Shown here: positions 37,101 through 45,743 of the stretch, in pieces
How the letters are laid out: every line of letters begins with the position of its first letter
Position numbering within the stretch: the first letter of the stretch is position 1
Assembly: GCA_965209055.1 (NCBI GenBank)
Contig: OZ242374.1
Span: 1,088,001-1,152,000 of the forward strand
Direction: 5' to 3'
DNA from: Acidobacteriota bacterium
GTDB lineage: Bacteria > Acidobacteriota > UBA6911 > RPQK01 > JAJDTT01
DNA length: 64,000 bases
Position numbers and translations under genes: made by a program
Notes under the pieces: model-generated
What the model saw: the letters and a program-made list of their open reading frames with translations, nothing else
Databases searched by the model: none
Told to the model about the DNA's origin: nothing

Positions 37101-37725
37101 CCCTATGGATCAGAGAGTGCAGTTCCTGTCCGTCGCGGATGACTACGGGGAGCCGGGGGAGTATCGGTTGATCGGTGCGAAAACACTCTACCGGATTCGC
37201 CTGTTCGATCCCAAGGGAAACGAATTGCCGGACCCGGTCTGGGTCCCTCCCGTGTATGGACCCATCGTGCCGCCCCACCTGCCGGGACTCTACCTTCTGG
37301 TCGATGGCATCGGGGTGATGCCGGACGCTTCCCCGATGGGCTGTACCGGAAACCCACGGGTCCAAGGGTGGAGCCTGTCCGACCTGACCGATCTCGTCCC
37401 CACGGTCCGGACCGGCGACGGGGACTTCCAGGGCCTGGATGCCGGGTTGGACCCGAACCGGAACGCCTCTCCCGGGTGGGTGGTGTTCCAGCGGACGACG
37501 ATGACCTGCACCGAGGACTACGGGGACGGAGACCCGTCCGACCTCACCACGATCGAGATTCCGGATGGAGTCCCGACTCAGGACCAGCGATCGTTCATCG
37601 GCGGGACCCTGGTGGTCGAGAAAGAGACCGCCCGCCGGACGTTCGTAACGGCGGGACAGGCCGTCCTGAGGTTCCTGACCCCCAACTCCACCTTCGCCGC
37701 CTCCTGGTGGCTGACCGTGAAATAG
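34177..37725 (+). CDS. Secreted plant-type leucine-rich repeat protein with Calx-beta and the shared C-terminal module; start may be downstream (34258 or 34309)
   Basis: LRR N-cap (LNWS...SWDGITV); about 14 repeats L..L..L.L..N.LSG.IP; Calx-beta (YETEDGTASSADY); C-terminus paralogous to 3462..5960. Confidence 0.88.
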   Translation: MMARTQLAPLLPFPKHCAGAAARMGGAMLSRARGGVGLRWRGLAMALSSPVFLLGLATEAGAQTSCAVTDVAITGVTPAPSDPAALSDDCTTLLGLMDTLRGTASLNWSNTLSMTSWDGITVTGSRVTALLLHSKQLTGTIPAALNSLTGLESLWLHTNQLSGSIPDLSVLTGLRTLLLSDNELSGGIPDLSALTNVVSLQLDSNELSGNIPATLNSLTSLTTLSLNNNELSGGVPNLSALTSLTTLSLNNNELSGGIPNLSALTSLTTLSLNNNELSGSIDGSVFPASLQRLILHTNQLSGSIPDLSALTSLTILYLHRNQLSGSIDASVFPASLQRLVLSINQFSGSLPDFSALTSLAWLLVSDNRLSGSIDASHFPPNLILLYLHRNQLSGSIPDLSALTSLRRLLLHQNQLSGPLPTWWSSLPDLQWLHLADNPLTGGIPSQLGSLANLADLSLCGTNLDATATLPAALETRRTDDDLTVWSCLRIEDASAPEGSALSFMVEHSTYPVRGVAGATGGLTLSYETEDGTASSADYTGTAAGSVTIPANTDTDDSTSSTAISVPTTADTLADDGETLTVTLLPADPEAGWAPVFPLRRTATGTILADDGSLPGGRLDLSGGGPIGSTSAVDDHPGSQLLFLADTGIDARAYAHSDPLAPTASRSVSGWLGATEAAQRNFISVTNTADGQAVTLLVQYHNDQMEPVLWYLRVLRAGANVLVDPFHHEIPGTDQEDGSGPVNVREILFDEIPAVSFKDETGKDRPGFNSGRFLIAVTAVGARSEEDDRAPGDPPETANVLFPDFLAEGLHGADNIDAIGDLGFQTVAQFATDRQPQEYEKERTGRNVGPLTVHNVEPVAFNDLVGHHTAAEVSALNGGIAWGVNALVRPAVTVASGDGSDHRIGVAYAMLNGTNEARLSPRTHGGVEAVNAATDEDNRADDSGDGSPVALDPTPTENNRVVNGGALVWSSLYGNDPMDQRVQFLSVADDYGEPGEYRLIGAKTLYRIRLFDPKGNELPDPVWVPPVYGPIVPPHLPGLYLLVDGIGVMPDASPMGCTGNPRVQGWSLSDLTDLVPTVRTGDGDFQGLDAGLDPNRNASPGWVVFQRTTMTCTEDYGDGDPSDLTTIEIPDGVPTQDQRSFIGGTLVVEKETARRTFVTAGQAVLRFLTPNSTFAASWWLTVK

Positions 37726-37857
37726 GCGGGGGAGTCTTTTCCTGCCGGACGTTCCTGGACGGACCTCCCGGGGGCGGTCATGGGCGAGGCGAATCTGCGC
37801 GGCGCATTTCTGGACGGAGCGCGGAGCCGCCGGACAACCCCTCCTGAAAAGTTTTTA

Positions 37858-37884
37858 GGTCCGATAAAATCCACTTATCGGACC
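37858..37884. other. Palindromic recombination-site-like sequence
   Basis: GGTCCGATAA-aatccac-TTATCGGACC: perfect 10-bp arms with a 7-bp spacer. Confidence 0.55.
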
Positions 37885-37932
37885 CTGATCCGATCCCAGA
37901 GGGTCGTGGCTTTCCTCCCGCCGGCGCGCCGC

Positions 37933-38125
37933 CTACTGGGTGAGTGAGGGAACCGACGGAGCGGATGGCTCGACAATGAGGACGCCCCGCGCCAGCCCGA
38001 AGTTAAGATCCGGCCACGCCTCCTTGATCTTCTTCAACTTGCGGAGCGACCTCTTCCGAGAGTTATTGGCGGCCGCTTTGTCACCGGCCTTGGCGGGGTT
38101 CACGCCAAACTGGCGGTAGAAGTTG
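37933..38125 (-). pseudogene. C-terminal fragment resembling a plasmid RepA (RepA_C-type) protein
   Basis: YRQFGVNPAKAGDK...RKLKKIKEAWPDLNFGLARGVLIVEPS.PSVP*; recalled similarity only; the 5' part is replaced by the integrase upstream region. Confidence 0.5.
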
Positions 38126-38177
38126 CTGCCGGGTCCTCGCCCTGGAGGACTTGAACGCCGACGTTGATTTGCTTGAG

Positions 38178-38227
38178 CCGTGGTAGGATTCGCACCACGG
38201 CGAAGAACCCGGATCCAGAAAGGAGGA
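38178..38227 (+). promoter_or_regulatory. Integrase promoter and RBS with overlapping inverted repeat
   Basis: Extended -10 TGgTAGGAT (TGgTACGAT in the second copy) inside CCGTGG..N..CCACGG; AGGAGG RBS; conserved in both integrase copies. Confidence 0.6.
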
Positions 38228-38232
38228 GATGC

Positions 38233-39348
38233 ATGGGCATCTACAAGGTGAAGGATCGCCGGGGGAGACGACGTTTCGTCGTCAGCAAGTACTGGCCGAA
38301 CGGATCCGGTCGGCTCAGAATGTACGCCCCCAACTACCGGAGCGCACAGGCGCTTCAAACACGAATCGAGTCCAGCATCCTGGACGGCACCTGGAAGCAG
38401 CTCAAGGAGGAGCTCGCCGGCGGGAAACGCTCCATCTGGACGGTCCAGAGCTTCTACAAGCGTTTTCTCGAGGAGTACTGCAAACCTCGTCTGCGCTCCT
38501 GGCGGAGCTATGAGGGTTCGTTCAAGAGCCTCAACTCCATGCTGGGGAACATTCCCCTGAAGGAGTTCCAACGCAAAGACCTGCACCGCTACGTCGCCCA
38601 GAGGAAGAAGCAAGTCAAACCGGCCACGGTGAACCGCGCCATTGCCGCCATCAGCAAGCTGTTTTCCTACGCGCTGGAGTGCGGAGAGGTGGACACGCAC
38701 CCGTTGATTCGGTTCCCCAAACTGAAGGAGCCGAAGAAGGTCTTCCGGCCTTTGACGGTCCAGCAGTTCCGCGACCTGGTCGAGGCGGTGGAGAATCCCT
38801 ACCTGCAAGCCATGATCGCGGCGATCGGCGAGACGGGGATACGAAAAGGCGAAGCTTTGTCGCTCACCTGGAAACGGGTGGACCTATCCCGGAGGCTGCT
38901 ATGGGTGGAATTCACCAAGAACGACAGGACGAGGGAGATACCGCTGTCGCAGTACGCCACCGGATATCTGGCAGGGCTCCCACGGTACCTGAACACCTCA
39001 TATGTCTTTGTCAACAGCAGGACCGGGACGAGATGGGTGAATCCCGACATGCCACTGCGCCGGGCCGGCGAGAGGGTCGGCTTGGAGGTCGGATTTCACG
39101 ACCTGCGGCGATTCCGGTGCAGCCACTGGCTGATGCAGGGGGTGGACGTGAGGACGGTGCAGAAGCTGATGGGCCACTCGGCGATCAGCACGACCATGCG
39201 GTATGCGGGGTACGTCAGTTCTCATGCGCTGGCCAGCATTCGGGAGGCACAGGCTAACGAAGACTCCCAAACGCAACCGGCAACAAACAGGCAACGAGTA
39301 AGAACCAAGAGGGAGCATTTAGAGGGGAGAATTGGGATAAACTGTTGA
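38233..39348 (+). CDS. Tyrosine recombinase/integrase, copy 1
   Basis: Full catalytic set: TGIRKGE, TKN, FHDLRR, MGH, TMRY; N-terminal arm-binding-like and SAM-like regions. Confidence 0.93.
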   Translation: MGIYKVKDRRGRRRFVVSKYWPNGSGRLRMYAPNYRSAQALQTRIESSILDGTWKQLKEELAGGKRSIWTVQSFYKRFLEEYCKPRLRSWRSYEGSFKSLNSMLGNIPLKEFQRKDLHRYVAQRKKQVKPATVNRAIAAISKLFSYALECGEVDTHPLIRFPKLKEPKKVFRPLTVQQFRDLVEAVENPYLQAMIAAIGETGIRKGEALSLTWKRVDLSRRLLWVEFTKNDRTREIPLSQYATGYLAGLPRYLNTSYVFVNSRTGTRWVNPDMPLRRAGERVGLEVGFHDLRRFRCSHWLMQGVDVRTVQKLMGHSAISTTMRYAGYVSSHALASIREAQANEDSQTQPATNRQRVRTKREHLEGRIGINC

Positions 39349-39390
39349 AAATACAGGACCAATCCCCTATCTCATCTGGACAGAGTAACG

Positions 39391-39472
39391 GATTTCCAAT
39401 CGCCCGTTCTTGCGTCGCTACGGTGAAATGCGAAGATCGGCGGTTGGGAAACCGCCGCCCCGCCCCCCCCCC
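39391..39472. repeat. Right part of the interrupted REP doublet
   Basis: GATTTCCAATCGCCC, spacer, CGGCGGTTGGGAAACCGCCGCCCC; same layout as the intact copy at 51010-51090 (reverse strand). Confidence 0.8.
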
Positions 39473-39806
39473 AGAGGACGGGTGAGGCCGCCGGGTTCCC
39501 ACCCTGATTCTGCGAAGCAAATGTACTTCCGGCGACCTCACCCGATCCAGTCGAAAACGGAGTCTCGGGTCCTCTTCCCAAAGCAACTTCGGGGCCAAAC
39601 CCGGTCCGGGAGGCGCGAGCCATCCATCAGATCCGGCCTTTGCTGGTAAACTGGCGGAAGGTTGCTGCGGCCGGAACGTGACTCCGGACCGGGAGTTGTT
39701 CTCTGGCCGGGGGCTCGTTCCAAGAAATGTCTTTTTGCGGCGAAGACATCGACCGGCCCTTGGAAAATCAGACCGAAAACGACTTTTCTTTAGACTTTCA
39801 GACGGT

Positions 39807-40385
39807 ATGGAGCATCCTCATCAAACAGGCAGGAGGATGAGTTTCAGCGACGAGAACTTGCTCCGATTGGCATTGGCCGGCGACGGCGGCTGTTTCGGCG
39901 AATTGGTGACCCGGTGGGAACGGAGGATCTACGGCTTCATCTTCCGCTACGTCGGCGATCGTGAGGAAGCCCGCGATCTGACCCAGGAGACCTTCGCCAA
40001 GGCGTACAAGAACCTGGGACGCCTGTCCGATCCCGGGAAATTTTCCTCCTGGCTCTACAAGATCGCCCTCAACGAGTGCCGGATGCGTTTCCGCCGGCGC
40101 CGTTGGGATACCGTGCCTCTGCCGGAGTCGGTCGAGGCGACTCTGGAAAAAGCCGACGAGCCGACGCCCGAGCAGGCTCTGGCCTCCAAGGAGAGGGTTC
40201 AACTGCTGCGGGAAACGCTGTTGAAGCTGCCCGAGGAACAGAAGACGGTCATCTTGATGAAAGAGTACCAGGGCCTGAAGTTTCGCGAGATCGCTCAGAT
40301 CCTGGATCTGCCCCTTTCCACCGTGAAATCACGCATGTATTTGGGATTGAAGACGTTGAGAAGATTGATGGAGAAGAGACTATGA
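39807..40385 (+). CDS. ECF RNA polymerase sigma-70 factor
   Basis: EARDLTQETF; FSSWLYKIALN; region 4 LKFREIAQILDLPLSTVKSRM. Confidence 0.92.
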   Translation: MEHPHQTGRRMSFSDENLLRLALAGDGGCFGELVTRWERRIYGFIFRYVGDREEARDLTQETFAKAYKNLGRLSDPGKFSSWLYKIALNECRMRFRRRRWDTVPLPESVEATLEKADEPTPEQALASKERVQLLRETLLKLPEEQKTVILMKEYQGLKFREIAQILDLPLSTVKSRMYLGLKTLRRLMEKRL

Positions 40386-40942
40386 ACTGCACGACCATGC
40401 ACGAGCGGATGATGGACGTCCTCTACGGAGAGGAGTTGGACCCCGGTCGCTGCCTGGAGTTCTTCCGCCACCTGGAGAGTTGCCCCGATTGCAAGGCCGA
40501 ATACCTGGAGCTGGTGGAGACCCGTTCGCTGCTGGCCCAGTGGGACCTGGGGCAGGCGGTTCCCGAGGTCCGCGCCGGCGCCGGCGGCAAGGTCAGCCTC
40601 TTTCTCCGCAGAATCGACCGCAGTCCGGCCTGGAGAGCCGTCTACAAGGCGGCGGCGTGCATCCTGATTCTCCTTGGGATGACGGTCATCGCCCGGGATC
40701 TGGGCTGGACGGAGCGGGCCGTCCTGGAGGTGAGCCGCCAGGAACTGGAGACCATGATCAACGACGTGGCGGTCGCCCGTCAGGAGGAGGAGCGGCGCCT
40801 CATCGGACAGGCTCTGATCCAGGTGCGCGACGACCTGGAGCGGGACATCGGCCAGGTCCATCGGTATCTGCAGGTCCTGGACCTGCAGCAGAGGGATGCA
40901 CAGGAGGACTACCGGGCCGTGCGCGCCCTGATCACGCGCTGA
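40382..40942 (+). CDS. Zinc-binding (zf-HC2) transmembrane anti-sigma factor
   Basis: MNC...HLESCPDC (HxxxCxxC); one TM helix; ATGA overlap with the sigma gene. Confidence 0.85.
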   Translation: MNCTTMHERMMDVLYGEELDPGRCLEFFRHLESCPDCKAEYLELVETRSLLAQWDLGQAVPEVRAGAGGKVSLFLRRIDRSPAWRAVYKAAACILILLGMTVIARDLGWTERAVLEVSRQELETMINDVAVARQEEERRLIGQALIQVRDDLERDIGQVHRYLQVLDLQQRDAQEDYRAVRALITR

Positions 40943-41064
40943 CCGTCCAGGTGTCCGGAAACGGGACAAACTGTCCGCTATCGGACACGTCCGGGGAAAA
41001 GAGGAATGAGGAAAGGACAAAGAGTGAAGGAACCGCGGGTTTTCACGTGCAAAGGGGGGCGAAG

Positions 41065-41616
41065 GTGATATGGTACATTGGACTGGCCGTGCTTGCGGGC
41101 TGGTTGTCCGGCGTGAACGGACTCGCCCAGCAGCATCTCAACCTGGAGCGGTTGAAACAGGACACCGAGATCTTCGAACGCATCGTCCACGAAGTGCTCA
41201 AGCAGAACTTCTCCGATCCGTTCGCCATTACGAGTGAGCCCCGGGGAGCCTATCTGCAGGGCTACGGGATGCTCTTCTCCTTCCAGATCAACGTCAATCG
41301 CCGGACCATTCGGACTCCGTTCGGCGAGGTTCGGGACCCGCGGCCGGTGTCGAGGCGCACCACCGAAGAGCACATGCGCGTGATCCGGACGACCCTCATC
41401 GACGCCTTGATCGAGTACGGCGACAGCATCAAGCAACTGGGGGGGCACGACCGCATCTCCATCGCCGCGTACGTCGACGACCGGAACGAGCTGGATGCCC
41501 GGAAGAGCCGGAAGACCCTGGTCCTGACCACCTCCAAGGACGACGTGGACCTGGTGGCCATGGAGAAGATCTCCGCCGAGAACTTCCGGGACCGGGTCGA
41601 CGTCATGGAGTACTGA
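41065..41616 (+). CDS. Hypothetical exported protein
   Basis: GTG start, signal peptide ending GLA-QQ, typical codon usage. Confidence 0.7.
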   Translation: MIWYIGLAVLAGWLSGVNGLAQQHLNLERLKQDTEIFERIVHEVLKQNFSDPFAITSEPRGAYLQGYGMLFSFQINVNRRTIRTPFGEVRDPRPVSRRTTEEHMRVIRTTLIDALIEYGDSIKQLGGHDRISIAAYVDDRNELDARKSRKTLVLTTSKDDVDLVAMEKISAENFRDRVDVMEY

Positions 41617-41630
41617 TTTCGAGAACTCCC

Positions 41631-43343
41631 ATGGTCAAACTGGCTGAGTTGAAGGAAAAGGCCCTCTTCGGAGAGGTGCTGGCGGAGCGGGGGATCATCT
41701 CGTCCGAGGAACTGGGCACGGCCCGCAATCTCCAGAGGCAGTCCCGGGAGAAGCTGGGGAAGCTGCTCATCGACATGGGCGCTCTCTCGGAGACCGATCT
41801 GGTCAAGCACCTGAGCGAGTACCTGGAGATCCCCTACGTCGTCGCCGAGAGCTTCCCCACGGTCCCGGTGGTGGAGAACACCTTCTCCGTGCAGTTCATG
41901 CGGGAGTGCAAGTTCGTTCCCGTCGGCGCCGACGACGGAGAGTTGACCATCGCCATGGTCGACCCGCTGGACCGCTCCACCCTGGATGCCATCCGCCTCT
42001 ACACCCGCTACGACCGGGTTACGGTGGTCCTGGCCCCGGAGAGCGAGATCCTGGATCTGATCGAGCGCTTCTACGGCAACCAGGCGTCGAGCCTGGGGCG
42101 CATCGTGGAGGGGATCGACGCCGACGTGGAGGGCCTGGGGGATGACACCGACGACGTGGAGCATCTCAAGGACCTGGCTTCCGAAGCTCCCGTCATCCGA
42201 CTGGTCAACCTGATCCTGTCCCGGGCCATCGAGTCCCGCGCCTCCGACATCCATATCGAGCCCTTCGAACGGGAGCTCAAGGTGCGCTACCGCATCGACG
42301 GCGTCCTCTACGACGTCGAGTCGCCGCCCAAGCGGCTGAAGGCCGCCACCATCTCCCGCATCAAGATCATGGCGAAGCTCAACATCGCCGAGCGCCGGAT
42401 CCCCCAGGACGGCCGGATCAAGATGAAGGTCCTGGGCAAGGACGTGGACCTCCGCGTCTCCACGCTGCCGACCATGTATGGGGAGAGCGTGGTCATGCGG
42501 ATCCTGGACAAGAGCAACACCCAGATCTACGACCTGGAGAAGCTGGGATTCGCGTCCGAAACCTACGAAGCGTTCCAGAAACTGATCCTGCGGCCCCACG
42601 GGATCATCCTGGTGACGGGCCCCACCGGCAGCGGCAAGACCACGACCCTTTACGGCGCCCTCAGCAAGATCAATCTCCCCGACAAGAAGATCATCACCAT
42701 CGAGGACCCGGTGGAGTACCAGATCAACGGCATCAACCAGATCCACGTCAATCCGCGGATCGGGCTGACCTTCGCCGCCGGGCTCCGTTCCATCGTCCGC
42801 CAGGATCCGGACGTCATCATGGTGGGTGAGATCCGGGATCTGGAGACGGCGGAGATCGCCATCCGCGCCGCCCTGACCGGCCACCTGGTGTTCAGCACAC
42901 TGCACACCAACGACGCTCCCAGCGCCATCGCCCGGCTGGTGGACATGGGGGCCCAGGACTATCTGCTGGCCTCCTCGGTCCTGGGCGTGCTGGCCCAGCG
43001 GCTGGTCCGGGTCGTCTGCCCCCATTGCCGTCAGGAGCAGTTGCTGGAGCCGGGATTCCTCAGGGAGATCGGCTTCCCGCTGCAGTCGGGGGTCGCCGCC
43101 TCCCAGGGAATGGGTTGCAAGGAGTGCGACCACACGGGATATCAGGGCCGGGTCGGGATCTTCGAACTGATGCTGATGCGGGAGCCGATCCGGAGGCTCA
43201 CCATCACCAACGCCGACTCCACCCGGTTGCGGAAGGCGGCCCTGGAGGGCGGGATGGCGGCGTTGCGCCAGGACGGTTTCGAGAAGGTCAAGTCCGGACT
43301 GACCTCCGTCTCCGAGGTGTTGCGAGTGACCCAGGACGCGTAG
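41631..43343 (+). CDS. gspE: Type II secretion ATPase
   Basis: ASDIHIEP; Walker A GPTGSGKTT; EDPVEY; RQDPDVIMVGEIRD; CPHC and CKEC zinc motif. Confidence 0.93.
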   Translation: MVKLAELKEKALFGEVLAERGIISSEELGTARNLQRQSREKLGKLLIDMGALSETDLVKHLSEYLEIPYVVAESFPTVPVVENTFSVQFMRECKFVPVGADDGELTIAMVDPLDRSTLDAIRLYTRYDRVTVVLAPESEILDLIERFYGNQASSLGRIVEGIDADVEGLGDDTDDVEHLKDLASEAPVIRLVNLILSRAIESRASDIHIEPFERELKVRYRIDGVLYDVESPPKRLKAATISRIKIMAKLNIAERRIPQDGRIKMKVLGKDVDLRVSTLPTMYGESVVMRILDKSNTQIYDLEKLGFASETYEAFQKLILRPHGIILVTGPTGSGKTTTLYGALSKINLPDKKIITIEDPVEYQINGINQIHVNPRIGLTFAAGLRSIVRQDPDVIMVGEIRDLETAEIAIRAALTGHLVFSTLHTNDAPSAIARLVDMGAQDYLLASSVLGVLAQRLVRVVCPHCRQEQLLEPGFLREIGFPLQSGVAASQGMGCKECDHTGYQGRVGIFELMLMREPIRRLTITNADSTRLRKAALEGGMAALRQDGFEKVKSGLTSVSEVLRVTQDA

Positions 43344-43420
43344 GGGGGGCGGCGGTTTCCTAACCGCCGATTCTTTGCGAGTGACCCAGGACGCGTAGGG
43401 GCGCCCCTCGCTGGCGCCCT
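43320..43420 (+). repeat. REP hairpin between 27-bp direct repeats, followed by a GTAG-type palindrome
   Basis: TTGCGAGTGACCCAGGACGCGTAGGGG at 43320-43346 and 43375-43401 flanks CGGCGGTTTCCTAACCGCCG. Confidence 0.85.
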
Positions 43421-43467
43421 CTTCGATCCTCGGCAGGATCGGCAATTTGAACCGAAGGAACTGAATT

Positions 43468-44697
43468 TTGGCTTTCTTCCAATACAAAGCGGTCACCGCC
43501 GACGGCCGTGTCATCGAAGGAACCTTGGAGGCGGCGGACGTGCGCGGCGTCACCTCGCGCCTCCGGGAGCAGGGCCAGTTCCCGGTGACCATCTCCTCCG
43601 CGGGCGCCTCCGAGTCGGGCGGCCTGCTGGGCCGCGAGATCAAGCTCCCCTGGCGCCGCAATCGAGTCCCGCAGGCCGACCTCATGGTCTTCACCCAGGA
43701 ACTCTCCACCCTGGTGAAGGCGGGTCTGCCCCTGGACCGGAGCCTGGGCGTGCTGGGCGAGTTGACCGAAAACCGCCATCTGCGCGACGTGGTCAAGGAA
43801 TTGCTGCGGGAGATCAAGGGGGGCAAGTCCCTTTCCGAGGGCATGGCCATGCACCCCCACATCTTCCCCAAGATCTACGTGAACATGGTTCGCGCGGGTG
43901 AGATCGGCGGCGCCCTGGACAAGATCCTGGAGCGTCTGCAGGAGTACCTGGAGCGCTCCGAAGAGCTGCGGAACTACTTCGTCTCGTCCCTCATCTACCC
44001 ACTGGTCCTGGCGCTGGTGGGCGGAGCCTCCATCATCGTCATGATCAGCTTCGTCATCCCCAAGTTCGCGGACATCTTCGAGAACGCCGGAGCTCCCATA
44101 CCCCTGCCCATGAAGATCATGCTGGCCGCCGGCGACGTCATGACCGGATACTGGTGGCTGATCCTGCTGGGAGGGATCGCCGTCTTCCAGCTCTTCAAGC
44201 GCTACCTCCGCACCGAGAAGGGAAGGCTCAACTGGGATGCCCGGTTGCTGAAGCTCCCCCTCCTGGGGTCCATCTTCCGCAAGATGGAGGTCAGCCGTTT
44301 CAGCCGGACCCTGGGGACCCTGCTGCGCAGCACCGTGCCCCTGATCCAGGCCATGAACATCGTCAAGGAGGTGATCGGGAACCAGGCCATCGCCTCCACC
44401 ATGGAGTCGGTCAAGTCGGGCATCAAGAAGGGAGAGGGCCTGACCAAGCCCATCCGCGATGCGGACATCTTTCCTCCCTTCGCCCTGCATCTGCTGGCGG
44501 TGGGCGAGGAGACGGGCCGCCTGGACGCCATGCTGCTCCAGATCGCCGAGGCCTACGACCGCGACCTGCGCACGGCGCTCAAGCGGTTCGTGGCCCTGTT
44601 CGAGCCGGTGCTCATCCTGTTCATGGGCCTGGTCATCGGCACCATGGTGGTCTCCATGCTCTATTCCATATTCAGCATCAACGACGTCCCGCTTTAG
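43468..44697 (+). CDS. gspF: Type II secretion inner-membrane platform protein
   Basis: FTQELSTLVKAGLPL; VRAGEIGGAL; GEETGRLDAML; EP motif before the last TM helix. Confidence 0.93.
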   Translation: MAFFQYKAVTADGRVIEGTLEAADVRGVTSRLREQGQFPVTISSAGASESGGLLGREIKLPWRRNRVPQADLMVFTQELSTLVKAGLPLDRSLGVLGELTENRHLRDVVKELLREIKGGKSLSEGMAMHPHIFPKIYVNMVRAGEIGGALDKILERLQEYLERSEELRNYFVSSLIYPLVLALVGGASIIVMISFVIPKFADIFENAGAPIPLPMKIMLAAGDVMTGYWWLILLGGIAVFQLFKRYLRTEKGRLNWDARLLKLPLLGSIFRKMEVSRFSRTLGTLLRSTVPLIQAMNIVKEVIGNQAIASTMESVKSGIKKGEGLTKPIRDADIFPPFALHLLAVGEETGRLDAMLLQIAEAYDRDLRTALKRFVALFEPVLILFMGLVIGTMVVSMLYSIFSINDVPL

Positions 44698-44712
44698 GAA
44701 AAATCAGAGGAG

Positions 44713-45174
44713 GTGCTCGTGAGACGGACAGTCGGCCAACCGGTCAAGGTCATGGAAACGGAAGACAGGAAACGGAATCGGGGGTTCTCGCTGATCGAGC
44801 TCATCGTGGTGCTGGTGATCCTGGGACTTCTGGCCACGGTGGTGGGTCCCAAGGTGATGGAGCGCCTGGGCCGGGGCAAGAGCGAGATCGCCAAGCTCCA
44901 GATCGACCAGTTCGAAGGCGCCCTGGGGCTCTTTCGTTTTGACGTGGGCCGCTACCCCACCTCGTCCGAAGGCCTCACCAGCCTGCTGGAGAATGCCGGC
45001 CTCCACAATTGGAGCGGCCCCTACCTGGACAAGCGGACCCTCCCCAACGACCCCTGGGGCCGTGAGTACCAGTACCGCTCGCCGGGTCAGTACGGAGACT
45101 ACGACCTCTGGAGCTGGGGCGCGGACGGCGTGGAAGGAGGCGAATCCGACAGCGCCGACGTCACCTCATGGTAA
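44713..45174 (+). CDS. gspG: Major pseudopilin
   Basis: G|FSLIEL; DVGRYPT; WSGPYL; DPWGREYQY; S.GADG. Confidence 0.93.
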   Translation: MLVRRTVGQPVKVMETEDRKRNRGFSLIELIVVLVILGLLATVVGPKVMERLGRGKSEIAKLQIDQFEGALGLFRFDVGRYPTSSEGLTSLLENAGLHNWSGPYLDKRTLPNDPWGREYQYRSPGQYGDYDLWSWGADGVEGGESDSADVTSW

Positions 45175-45251
45175 GGGGGAGCGGCGGTTTCCAGCCGCCG
45201 AAGGAACGGCGGTTTCCAACCGCCGAAAGCGAAGCGCTCCCGCAACGCAAC

Positions 45252-45743
45252 ATGACCCAAGCCAAAGCCCCTGCCCCCTCCGCCTTCACCCTGGTCGAGA
45301 TCCTCGTCCTCCTGGTCATCATGGGCCTGGCGGCCATGCTGATCCTGCCGTCCTTCACCTCCGGCCTCCAGGGGCTGGAGCTGGAGGCCGCCTGCCGCGA
45401 TCTGGCGACGCACATGAAGCGGGCCCGTTTCGAGGCCATCGGCCGCCACACCGTCCGCCGCATCATCGTGGCCCAGGACGACATGGGACTCGGCTACTAC
45501 GTCCTGGCCAACGAGTTCGGAGAGGAGATCGGCAGCGTGGTTCTCCCGGACGGAATCGTGCCCCGGACCATTGACCAGGCACCGCTGCCGTGGCGGGTCA
45601 ACTTCTACTCCAACGGCCGCAGCTCGGGCGGCGCCATCGGCCTGGTCAACCGGCAGGAAAAGCGCCTCTACGTCACCGCCGACCCCGTCACCGGCCTGGC
45701 CAAGGTGTCGCCGATCCTCGTATCGCAGGGGAGGCCGAGGTGA
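45252..45743 (+). CDS. gspH: Minor pseudopilin, GspH-like
   Basis: A|FTLVEIL N-methylation motif; FYSNGRSSGG; gene order. Confidence 0.8.
   Translation: MTQAKAPAPSAFTLVEILVLLVIMGLAAMLILPSFTSGLQGLELEAACRDLATHMKRARFEAIGRHTVRRIIVAQDDMGLGYYVLANEFGEEIGSVVLPDGIVPRTIDQAPLPWRVNFYSNGRSSGGAIGLVNRQEKRLYVTADPVTGLAKVSPILVSQGRPR

Larger units (their letters stand above)
30778..39401. mobile_element. Integrative genomic island (8,624 bp including both cores) inserted in a REP palindrome
   Basis: Direct repeat GATTTCCAATC at 30778-30788 and 39391-39401; integrase next to the right end; joined flanks give GGAGGGGCGATTTCCAATCGCCC. Confidence 0.85.

Noticed and set aside
38233-39472. Integron integrase with REPs as attC sites
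   Set aside because: No obvious IntI-specific insertion, no RYYYAAC/GTTRRRY cassette array, and the direct-repeat-bounded structure fits an island.
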